64,000 nt of DNA, from positions 100,936,001 through 101,000,000 of the forward strand of contig OX597816.1 in the NCBI GenBank assembly GCA_951406725.2. Direction: 5' to 3'. Positions 53,000 through 64,000 of the stretch are shown piece by piece. Under the pieces are notes generated by a model, which made no database searches, had not been told where the DNA came from, and was given only the letters and a program-made list of their open reading frames with translations. How positions within the stretch are numbered: the stretch's first letter is position 1; the number at the start of each line of letters is the position of its first letter. The DNA comes from Octopus vulgaris (Eukaryota). A program made the position numbers and the translations under genes.

Positions 53000-54400
53000 T
53001 TAAACATGTTACATAGGAAGTAATGACAGCGTCGTGGGCGGTTGTAGTTGTCAGCTCTGCTCAAGTTGTACTATGTATAGTATACAATCAGCTGAATGAT
53101 AAGGTCCAACCTATCGATCCATCTTCCCAGCTACAGCATAATTTCGCATATCTGAGGACCATACTGCACTATTTGTCTTGCATTGATGTATAGTATAGGA
53201 TTCATTGTGATAGGTTGAAAATATTGTACACTCTCCATTGACGATGTTGTAGATCCGCAGAATTAGATGACTGCTACACTGGAGGCGGACAAGCTGAACT
53301 CAGAATGAAGCATTGCTGTTCCTCAATAATTAGTATGTTGGTGGTCTGCATCCCAGCGCTGTGTTCGAGTACCAGTGATATTATTGCTTCTGTGTTTGTT
53401 CTTTATGCTTTGGGCTGAGTGAGAGAGAGTTTTTAGGTTGATGCCAAGGTAGTATTAATAGGTGTTGCATACGTGGCTGTATGTTAGGACGTAGATTTTT
53501 CATCTAATGACAAAGATTGCGCTGACTGAAACTTACTGCCATGCAAACTAAGCTCATCGCATGTCCACATGGCTTTTCATACTTAGTTTGTCGTGTATTT
53601 TTCTAAGTGGTGTGTGTACTTGTCATGATGTGTAGAGAGACGTTTGTGCATTTTACAGATCAATAAGAGAAGACTAAAGCCTTAGATAGATATGGTATAA
53701 TCTACGATGAATCCAATGTATTCTTTTGATACCATAGTTGTTATTCCTTTCGGTTGACCAATTATGATACACAACATTGTTCTATGTATGTCTATGCTGT
53801 TTCTTTTTTTCTTTACTATACTTACTATGTGTATTTGCTATAGAATTATGATTTCACTCATCTCCTAGGTTCTGGGCATTTGACAGTGCTGACGCGAAAA
53901 GTTGACAGTTGTTGGTGAGTACCGTGATCCTTCAGCCTTAGGTATTTAGGATTTCGACAAGTAAAAGTTATTTTTAGTTTAGATTTTTCATTGGGTATCT
54001 AATAAGAAGGAAATGTCAAAGTCAAGGCCCAAATGCGAAATCGGAGATTGCTATAAGAAGTTAATGTCGTTTTGCCTCCTGTATATCTAGTATATCTAGT
54101 GTGTTATGAAGCGTATGAAGGAATAGTATGTTAGCCCTAGTATTTTTGTCTTTTGTATAAAAGGTATGTTTGTGTTACTGAATGTGACGGTTGGTTATAT
54201 TTGATAGTCTCTGATAATACCAGTATGATGAAATTGTATTTGGTAGATGTAATTCTAAGAGTCAGTTTTGTAAATCATTTATGTAGTTGTGAGAAGAATG
54301 GTAGAATATGAGTGAGATGACATCTATGCATAACGCTGTCTGTAATAAGTTATTACTTTTCTGATGTCTGCATGAAAAAAAGGGTCATGTTCCGTGAAAA
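53000..54400 (-). mobile_element. Highly degraded LINE (reverse transcriptase C-terminal region)
   Basis: Fragmentary minus-strand translations (LSLHGSKFQSA, KNSLSLSPKHKEQ, SLVLEHSAG) resemble the Y.LHG..L / RNL...P..KE..Y.SLVRP.LEY region of CR1/L2-like ORF2. Many stops; boundaries approximate. Confidence 0.4.
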
Positions 54401-54614
54401 TCGTATTTCTCTTCCGTTTTTTTTCTTTTAGTGGTTGATATTCGAGGAATGTCTAAGAACTTTTGCTTAGGGTAACAGAATGGGTATATTAATTGAAGGT
54501 GCTACTGTGAGTTTGGATGTGATATCACTGTGGTTGAAGATGATGCTAATTACTGTTTGCAGTATTTTTCTATTTGTTAATACAAATATATTCCAGTTGT
54601 TTTGTTTTTCTATT

Positions 54615-54648
54615 TCATTATTATTGTTGTTGTTGATGTTGTTGTTGT

Positions 54649-54719
<71 letters not shown>

Positions 54720-54748
54720 ATAGCAGCAGCAGCAGTAGCAGTAGTAGT
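54615..54748. repeat. (TTG)n(TAG)n(CAG)n triplet microsatellite
   Basis: Direct inspection. Confidence 0.95.
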
Positions 54749-55055
54749 AAAAGCTCTACCACTTTCTAAACTGCAAAATTGAATTGTGCATTGAAGAATG
54801 TCTTTGTACACTGTGCATCGTGAATGTCTCCTTCTCGATTAGTTCATTTTGACAGACATTGACCTCTCTTTGTTTTCCTTGTCAATGACTTTTCTTATCA
54901 CTGATAAAGTAAATCTTGGAGCCACATCACCATTTAGTAGTTTTATAAATTAAATTGTTAATGCCGATTCTTATCTTAGTTTTTGTTGTTTGTTACAAAC
55001 ACTTCCCCCCACCACATTTTTTAGTTTATCCTTCGGGGATATATATATATATATA

Positions 55056-55414
55056 CTAGCAGTATCGCCCGGCGTTGCTCGGGTTTGTAAGGGAAATAAC
55101 TATAAAGCATTTTTAGAGAGTTATAGCCAAAAAATGGAAAAAAAATGATGGTAAATTTTTTTTTTAGTTAAAAAGGTCGAGTTGCGTCCCCTAGACAGTC
55201 TGTGGTTTGTGTTTCTGATTCTCGACCCCATGTCGAATTTATCGATTTTTTTTCAGAACTGGGGGAACTTTTCAAAATTTTCACTGCGTTAGTTTTGAAT
55301 TATGATATTGGGCTATGTGTGTGTCAAGTTTCATCAGAATCGGTTGAAAGCCGTGGTCAGGGTGAGGGTACAACCTGACAGACACACAGAAACACACACA
55401 GACAAACTGCCGTT
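55056..55414 (-). mobile_element. Non-autonomous Helitron-like element
   Basis: Minus-strand 3' end reads CCCGAGCAACGCCGGG-CGATACTG-CTAG-T, a GC-rich subterminal hairpin followed by a CTAG terminus. It has no TIRs, is inserted in (TA)n, and has a second copy at 4917-5232. Confidence 0.75.
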
Positions 55415-55852
55415 TATATATATATATATATATATATATATCGTTTCCAATATTGGAGAAACTCTCGAAATTGTTTCGCCACCAACGTGATCTATTCACT
55501 TCAATTGGATAGAGTCTATGTGGCATATTTTCAGAACTTTTTTGCTGTAGTTTTTGTAGGTTTTTTTCAGCCTATCATGAAAAGCTGATCAACAGCAACT
55601 TCGCCGTGCAGAAATTATTCTTGGTACCCTACCTTCAAGTATTCTGATGTCTTAATCACTAAAACTATAATTCCAAAATGAATACCTCATCACTATTGGT
55701 ATTCACTCTTATATAATGAAGTCAAATCAAGTCATGATATTTTGAAAGCATTTAATTTGTACATTTTGTCAAATTTCCCGTCCGTTAAGTTTTCATCTAG
55801 TTTGCTTTGCTTTCGTCTAACTTCTCCTTGTATTTTTTCTGTTCAACCCTTG

Positions 55853-55925
<73 letters not shown>

Positions 55926-57747
55926 GGGGGGGGATGTATAGGACAGTGAAGTTACAATTTTGTATGAAGCCGGGACGTCCTCGCAGTCGAGCCAAATTTT
56001 TCAACAATCTTTTAAGTAATTTCATTCATACAAATCCTCTACGTTAACGTATTGTAGCTGCCACACTCCGGATAACATTAAATGCTAGTCTGCTGAAATT
56101 GCTTTTGGCTTGTAAATTTTAGAAAACAGTTGCTGAATTGGAACCAGATTTGCTGTCCCTAGGACAAAACAAAAATATTTCCTTGTGATACTAAAAAATG
56201 ACTATATGAAATAAGTTTCACTATGAGTCATTTTCAACAACATCCAGATAAAATCCTCAAAGTATGCTCCCTCCACCCTCTGTGTTTGTGTTTGGGCTGA
56301 AAGTCTTAGAAATTCTTGCAGGTTCGTGGATCACCGGTTGTATTTGTAGTATTTGTTTTATATTTCCCCTTAAGATAATCGTGTTGTCATAATAATTGTA
56401 AACGAAATACCAATGTCACAACAATATGATTAATGTTGATGACTAATATTTTATATAGAAGAAAATGCTGATGAGAACTCGAGCCAATGAGTGACCCAAC
56501 TTCTGTATGCGGAAGCTCAAATTGTTAGAAATAGCAGCTAAATATTTCTCAAAACAGACCACACCAGCTTGAAAAAATGAATAAATAAATAAAATAATAA
56601 AAAGCAAGCAGAGAGAAAAGGAGAAAAAATTGAAATTTTGCTAATATAGTTTCATATATACGAAAAGTCACAGGGGTTCTGGTAACAGCCCCTTTGATCA
56701 TGTCTGTTTGATCATGATTGACGTAGAGCTTAAACTGCAACAACACTTACAAAGTGATGAATAGCTCATGGTTTGTTGTGTTCATGTGTATGTGCATGTG
56801 TACATTTGGTGCCAATGCAGTAATGACTGCTGTTATTGCTGTGAGCTGCATAACATCGCATTGCTGAAATAAATATGAAGCAAGCGTGAAAATATGTAAA
56901 CAATGGCTGAGATGAAGAAGAGAAAGTGAGTGAGAGTGAGGGGTGAGTTACTGTTGCCTAGCCTCAGGTCAACCCTAATTGAAGAGACATGTGATCATCC
57001 AACCATGAAATTCGGCTATTATTTTAGCAGGTTAAACGACCATGGAAAGGCTTCCTTTTGCAGTTGGTAGCAGCTGTTATCTAGCCCTAGGACAACCCTA
57101 ATCAAGCAGACCTATGATCAAAAGTATTCCAGCAATAACTATCTCATCTTTTCTCTATTTGCAAAGAATCCAGGGCCATATTTTTCAACTTGCTCTTTTC
57201 TAAGACAGTGAAATATATTTAATAGAGATTGGTCGAGCACGTTGAGGTTCCTTCGTTGGTTTGTCGTGGTGGGATGGTATTCACCACTATACTAATTATA
57301 AACAGTAGTGATTACTAGTAGTAAGGATTACTAAAACAATCAGTGATGATGGATAATGTGGCTGCCACATTGGTAGTTATTGTGGTGATTGTAATGACAG
57401 CTCGGTGAGGTCTAATAGTGATTGATGAGTGACATGTTGAAAGTTGATTGATGATGGCCAGAAGAGTTGTGCTGGGCGTAAAACTAATTGTAATGACAGT
57501 AGTGATAATAGTTTTACAGGATGTTGTTTATACCCAAACCTATGATCAAAGGCTCACTAACGTGACAATCATGATTTGTGGTATCGCTCTTTATTAAAGG
57601 CTATGGTGCGAAGGAAAATTAGCTGCTATTTCTTTTTGGTCGAACACCACGAAGAGGTGGTTCTCTTGTAAGTTCGTTGGCGGACTTATTGTTGTTCTTA
57701 TTTTTGCTTTTGCACTATTTCAGTTCTAACTGAGCAGACCAATAAGG

Positions 57748-57942
57748 ATTTCAGATTTTGGTACAGGGGAGGGTGGAGTCAATTACTTCGACCCGAGTAC
57801 TTGACTGGTACTAGTCTTATCAACCCCGAAATATTGAAAGGCAAAGTCGATCTCAGTAGTATTTGAATTCAAAACATGTAAACGAACGAAATGTGGCTAA
57901 GCATTTTGTCCGGCGTGCTAACGATTCTGCCAGCCTACCGCA
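57748..57942 (-). mobile_element. SINE family A
   Basis: gaaaggcaaagtcgatctc...atttgaattc...cggcgtgctaacgattctgccagcctaccg is the reverse complement of the family A head and core. Confidence 0.8.
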
Positions 57943-58089
57943 TTGAGCAAACCCATAATGAAAAGTGCTTCCTCCGTAACCATCTCACCATTCCTTTTAT
58001 AGCTAACATTAAATTTTGTATATCTAGGATTTTATAAATGTATATTATATGATATATGTGTGCCCCCCCCCCACACACACACACTCACG

Positions 58090-58159
<70 letters not shown>

Positions 58160-58359
58160 AACGTGCCCTTCTTTTTTAAGACGTAGGGTGTGGTGTGAGG
58201 GGATTTTACTGTGAGTTCAAGCAGGTCGAACCTCTCTCGTTGGCGCGTTGTTGATGATGATGATGATGTTGTAACTAATGCTTCGTCCGAGATCAGTTCT
58301 TAGTGACCAGGTCTATAGTCTAAAACGTCCCAACTGTGACTATTCTGGGAATAATATAT

Positions 58360-58406
58360 ACGAAATAATATAGTCCCAGACATTATCTGGGACTATATTA
58401 TTTCGT
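58360..58406. repeat. Perfect 21-bp inverted repeat with a 5-nt loop
   Basis: acgaaataatatagtcccaga-catta-tctgggactatattatttcgt. Confidence 0.95.
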
Positions 58407-58486
58407 TCATTTCATAAGTTGGATAGTGTGAGATTTAAATGAAGTTTGTTGTTATTTCTTGATGGTTGGGCTCATTATATCAGGTC

Positions 58487-58840
58487 AGGCTTGATTGATA
58501 ATAACAATTTAAGGCACTCCATCCGTGACCATTGCATCTTATCACCAACTACGTTATGCAGTACGGTCTTTCTGTTGTTGATGATGGCTTAAGTATTGAC
58601 AATAACAAGGCTTGATAGTTAATAACAATTTAAGGCACTCCATCCGTGACCATTGCATCTTATCACCAACTACGTTATGCAGTATGGTCTTTCTGTTGTT
58701 GATGATGGCTTAAGTATTGATAATAACAAGGCTTGATTGATAATAACAACTTAAGGCAATCCATCCGTGACCATTGCATCTTATCACCAACTACGTTACG
58801 CAGTACGGTCTTTCTGTTGTTAATGATGGCTTAAGTATTG
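58487..58840 (+). repeat. Tandem repeat, 121-bp unit, about 2.9 copies
   Basis: Units start aggcttgat at 58487, 58608 and 58729 and differ at only a few bases. Confidence 0.95.
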
Positions 58841-59023
58841 TTGGTGCTGTTTAGCTCCAGGGTAGCCTTAATTAAAGACTTTCCAGTCGTGATCCTCCTG
58901 TTTATTTATCTAGAACTATATATTATGTAACGTATCGTGCCAATGTCGTCGACAGTGTTTCTTGATAGTGTTTACTGACGATGGCAGTGTGACAGTAGCA
59001 GAAAATGCTAGGCTGGCGACGAA

Positions 59024-59204
59024 GCGGCGGCGGCGGCGGCGGCGGTGGTGGTGGTGGTGGTGGCGGCGGCGGCGGTGGTGGTGGTGGTGGTGGTGGTGGT
59101 GGTGGTGGTGGTGGTGGTGGTGGTGGCGGTAGTGGTGGTGGTGATGGTGGTGGTGGTGGTGGTGATGGTGGCGGCGGCGGCGGCGGTGGTGGTGGCGGTG
59201 GTGG
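59024..59204. repeat. (GGC/GGT)n triplet repeat
   Basis: Direct inspection. It explains the poly-Gly ORF. Confidence 0.95.
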
Positions 59205-59532
59205 TTATATGTTGATTAGAGTGATGCTGATAGTGCTGACGTGGTAGTGTTGGTGGTGATGATGTTGGTGGTGGTGGTCTGGGTATGCTGTTAGTAGTAG
59301 GCGGGTGGATATCATTGGAATGTCAGGGATTAAGTGCAGATCAAAATATCAGGATCAGTATCTATTATTCCTTTTCCTTCTAATTTAGAATATTCCAAGA
59401 TGGAATGTGTGGAGCGGGGTGGTGAAGGTGGTGGTAGTAGTGGTGATAGTTTTGAAGAGTGTGATGGTTTATATTTCTGGAAAGGGTAAATGCGCACAAA
59501 TACAGACATTTAGACACAGAAAAAAAACTGAT

Positions 59533-60017
<485 letters not shown>

Positions 60018-60737
60018 ACATGTGGGAAGACAAGCTAGCAGATGGAAGGTAAGTGGACGGACGGACGGATGAATAAATGAAGAGGCATACTTTTTCTTCA
60101 CAATGAAAATATCAACTCCTTCTATCAGTTGTAGGTAGGGATGGAAGCAGAAGAAAGCAGACAAACCGATAGACAATGATACACAGGTAGTCAGAAACAC
60201 AGAGGGTGAGAGAGAAGCGAGAAAAGAATGATTCGTCGTGTGGTGTGGGGTAATTTTAGCCGCTATCATACAACTCTTGTCTCCTACTCACTTTTTTTTT
60301 CTCTCTACCCCTCTCTCCCTAAATCTCAAGTATTCCCAAAGGATTAAGGGAAATGAAAGCAAGAGCCAACAGAGCATTTGCAGGTGTTCTGATGCTACCT
60401 CAGTCCACCCTCCGTTAGCATTCCACCCACCAACATAATTACCATCTACCCTCCCTCTGTCTATTTTAATATCACTGTCTAGTTCTCTTCCTATCTTTCG
60501 CTATCACTCCTTCGCTACCAATACGTTCTTCATCTCTCTCTCTCTCTCTCTCTCTGAACTTCACTCCTCCCACCTCTTTATTCGGCCTCTCCTCTTTCCT
60601 CACATCTCCAACACTCCCTTCCTCCTTCTGTCCTAGTCTATCTCATCAATAGACAAGTCTGGTTGTTACGGTAAAAAAGGTGGTTTGTTGTGACATAATG
60701 TTGAGTAGTGGGAGGTTATTACTGACATTCTATAAAT

Positions 60738-60779
<42 letters not shown>

Positions 60780-60946
60780 GTTTGCGTGCGTGTGTGTGCA
60801 TGTGTTTGTGTGTATGTGTGCGCGTGTGTGTGTACGTGTATTTATGTATATATATATCTATTTATGTATGTATACACACATGTGCGTGATTCTATATATG
60901 TGTGTATATCTCCACACACATACACACACATATATATATATATACA

Positions 60947-61001
<55 letters not shown>

Positions 61002-61609
61002 CAGTCCAGTGATCTCAAGTTCATTGCAAGATAGTGATGACTCATCTACTCAGACAGCGTGTGCAGTAAAATATACATACATATACATTCGCACAAACAG
61101 ACGTGCACACACACACACACACATACACACAGACATGCATACACACACTTGCTCACACAAACATTTGTGTTTGATGCTAAAAACAATATAACATAGCATC
61201 AAACGTTGTTGTGAAGATAGTTTGAATTCTTAGTGGATATTTCACCGCAGCAGCACTGATCACAGTGTATTGAAATTATGTATACGTACACACATAGACA
61301 TTGACAAACACACGCATGAGTTCGCACACGACCACGTTCCACAAGAAACGTACATGATTACAAATATACATAGACACACATATAAACCTGTGTACATACA
61401 ATGGGAAACGTATCTAAATTTATGCATGTAATCATCTTAAGCAAATTGCTTTCACCAACAGATTCGCGCGTGCACATAAAGCAATTGCATTAAATTTACC
61501 CTTTTCAGAGAATCGCGCGAAGAATGGTTCAATGTGCACCTGCGTCACTATCAATAACACTCCTCAGATGAAATTTTAAAACAGGTTTTCTCTCTCCACC
61601 ACTCAGCAC

Positions 61610-62760
61610 AAGGCCATAACAACACGACACTACACAACATATTCTCTCGTTTTCTCACAAGGACACATAGTTACACACACATACACACACATAAAGAGTC
61701 ACACACTCAAACATAGACATTATCCCACACTCAGACATAGGCATTACATACAACACACACACACGAATATAAACTAGCCAACAAACACAAGCAACAGAAA
61801 ATTACAAATAATACTTCAACACACAATACTCCATAATATATACAATCAGCACAACACTGGTGACATCACAACCACACTTTATCAGCGGCAGTTGTAGTAG
61901 AACATAGCTTAGACAACACGTTGAAACAATGCCACTTCGACAATACACATGTCACAACAATAACACGTTATGTAGGAAAAAATATCAACGTTTTACATGA
62001 TAGCACATGACAGGACATACAACAAATCGTGACAACAAAATAACTCAATGCATTATGATAACACAGCAACAAATCGTGGTAACACAATCACAGTTGAGAG
62101 CGCAGCAAAATAACACGATCTGCATATGACAACGTAGCAACACAACACAAACACAACGTGGCAACATAAAGTAGCGGCAAAACTTGATAACACAACATCA
62201 CCGGTAGTCACTCGAATGACAACCAAATCTCTCTCAAATCCGCTTTACTGTTTTGACAGACTGGATTATGTAGCCAGGTAACAGTATAGGAAAATGGTTG
62301 TGTTGGTCATGGCTGGAATGTATTTTGTTATATATCTACATCTGCTTAGTTGATAAAACAAAGCAACTGTCAACATCGCGACTTGTCAACACAGCAACAT
62401 AACACGGTAAAACAACACACTTCAACACAACACATGTCTATACTGCATGCCCATGGCAATATAGCATCACAACACACAGCAACACAGCACATAACGTAGC
62501 AGCATAACAACAAACTAATACAACATATCACATCACAATACAACACACAGCAACACAACACGCAGCAACACAAATAACTACATTGCAGAACAAAACATAT
62601 CAATACAGCAAGAAAACATGTCAACACCACAGTAAATGACAACCTAGGAACACAATGCATAACCGGACAATACAACCCATGACTACACAGTACATTGAAA
62701 GTATTAAAAACAGTGACGCGACACACTTCATTACAGTAGCACAAGAGACATATGATTCAG
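61610..62760. repeat. Degenerate CAACA/AACAC-rich low-complexity region
   Basis: Recurrent acaacac and gcaaca units with strong C/A strand skew. It explains the Cys/Val-rich minus-strand ORFs. Confidence 0.75.
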
Positions 62761-63415
62761 TAATACAACCAAGATAACTCAGCCAAGTTCTCTCTGATAA
62801 CAACCTGTGTTTATTTTGTTTACATAAAATTGAGCTAAGGGAAACAACTCAATCACTTTAATTAAACATGGCGATTACTGTTATCAACGAACCTCATTTT
62901 TCAATCTAGTATTTACTACGTCAGTCAGTTTTTACTGCAACTGTTATATAATGACCATGGCAATGAAAGGCAGAATCCAGCAGTATTTATCTTTATAAGA
63001 ATTAGTGAATCAACGATAGAAACTTCTATGGTGCGACTCAAATGCTAGAAATATCAGCCAGATTTTCTTCGAAGCAAGCATTACCATCTCAAAGACGGAA
63101 GTACATATACTCTCTGGAAAATAAGATGAGTGAAATGTTTGCTCGAGCAGGGCTGACATGTGTAGGACGAGGGGAAGGTAAACGACGACAATAAATACTA
63201 TAGAATATAAGCAATTATGTTTACCACATCAAAAACTAGTGTTTGCTATTTTAAGCACAAGTGTTTACTACATCGAAACCAGATTAGTGTTTCTTACAGC
63301 AAATAATATTTATTCACACAGCAACCAGTGCTAATACAGAAAGATAACAGTTGTGCGCGCGCGCGTGTGTGTGTGTGTGTTCGTGAGAGAGAGAGAGAGA
63401 GAGTGTGTGTGTGTA

Positions 63416-63465
<50 letters not shown>

Positions 63466-64000
63466 GGTGTTCATTGTGATTGACTCAGTAAAGAACCAGT
63501 GTTGGCTCTGGTAATGATCGTTGTTCCTTACCTGGATCGAGCAACTAAAAACCAAAGCACCGTAGACGAGTAAATTTCGTCCTAACCATGTTCTTTCTTT
63601 AAATCTCGTTCAAAACAGAGTTTTCCTTCCACAGGATGAGAAAAATCGATAAAGTCTACATACTGATCATAGTTCATTAAATTAAATATGTTCTCTCTGA
63701 CAAAAGGAATCTTTTATTAATAATAATGTAATCGACCAGCGTGAAAAAGAAAACCTGTAACTATCAAGAGGGCTGAAGATCGACAACAACTGATTGGAAG
63801 TGCCCATGACCATTCACAGACCCTCTGGTACCAGTGGGCGGAAGGAAGGTATCCTCAAAAGAGAAACTTGGCCCGAATGCTTTGCAAGAGAGTTAACTCC
63901 GCTAAAGGCATCCAACGTAGCAGGTGATGGTGTTAAATTTGGCAACGGATTAAGTCTATCACCCAAATAGGCCACAATGAGATTTGAACTCAGAATGCAA

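Larger units (their letters stand above)
56480..58930. repeat. Cluster of an old dispersed repeat family (tttagccccaggtca.ccctgatcgagcagacctatgatcaaagg.attccag-like)
   Basis: Diverged copies near 56480-56740 (-), 56950-57010, 57075-57262, 57530-57680, 58290-58470 and 58845-58930. Related copies lie at about 12240-12485, 36787-36840, 41250-41305, 42520-42660, 48235-48400 and 62200-62330. Confidence 0.55.

Noticed and set aside
58487-58840. Possible CRISPR-like array
   Set aside because: Whole 121-bp units repeat with no unique spacers; eukaryotic context and no cas genes.
62370-62803. Cys-rich ORFs resembling metallothionein or keratin-associated proteins
   Set aside because: Explained by CAACA-type low-complexity DNA; no family spacing or splice support.

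Overview
Eukaryotic, AT-rich, microsatellite-saturated genomic DNA. The SINE repertoire and the insulin sequence point to an octopus (inferred). Almost every ORF in the supplied track is an artefact of (TA)n, (CA)n, (TATG)n, (GATA)n or triplet repeats. The one convincing host coding feature is the terminal exon (14802-15016, minus strand) of a molluscan-type insulin-like peptide gene. It encodes the end of the C-peptide, a KR site, an A chain [20 protein letters not shown] with an extra cysteine, and a short C-terminal tail. It sits behind a clean phase-1 splice acceptor. I could not find the signal-peptide/B-chain exon in the 49 kb upstream, so that stretch may be one very large intron. The rest is a graveyard of mobile DNA: tRNA-derived SINEs (several with target-site duplications), an internally deleted mariner, other Tc1/mariner fragments, non-autonomous Helitrons, and CR1/L2-like and Penelope-like remnants. 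There are several minimal hammerhead-ribozyme motifs of the Penelope/retrozyme type, several fold-back palindromes (one pre-miRNA-sized) and a 121-bp tandem triplication. No prokaryotic-type systems (CRISPR, operons) are present.
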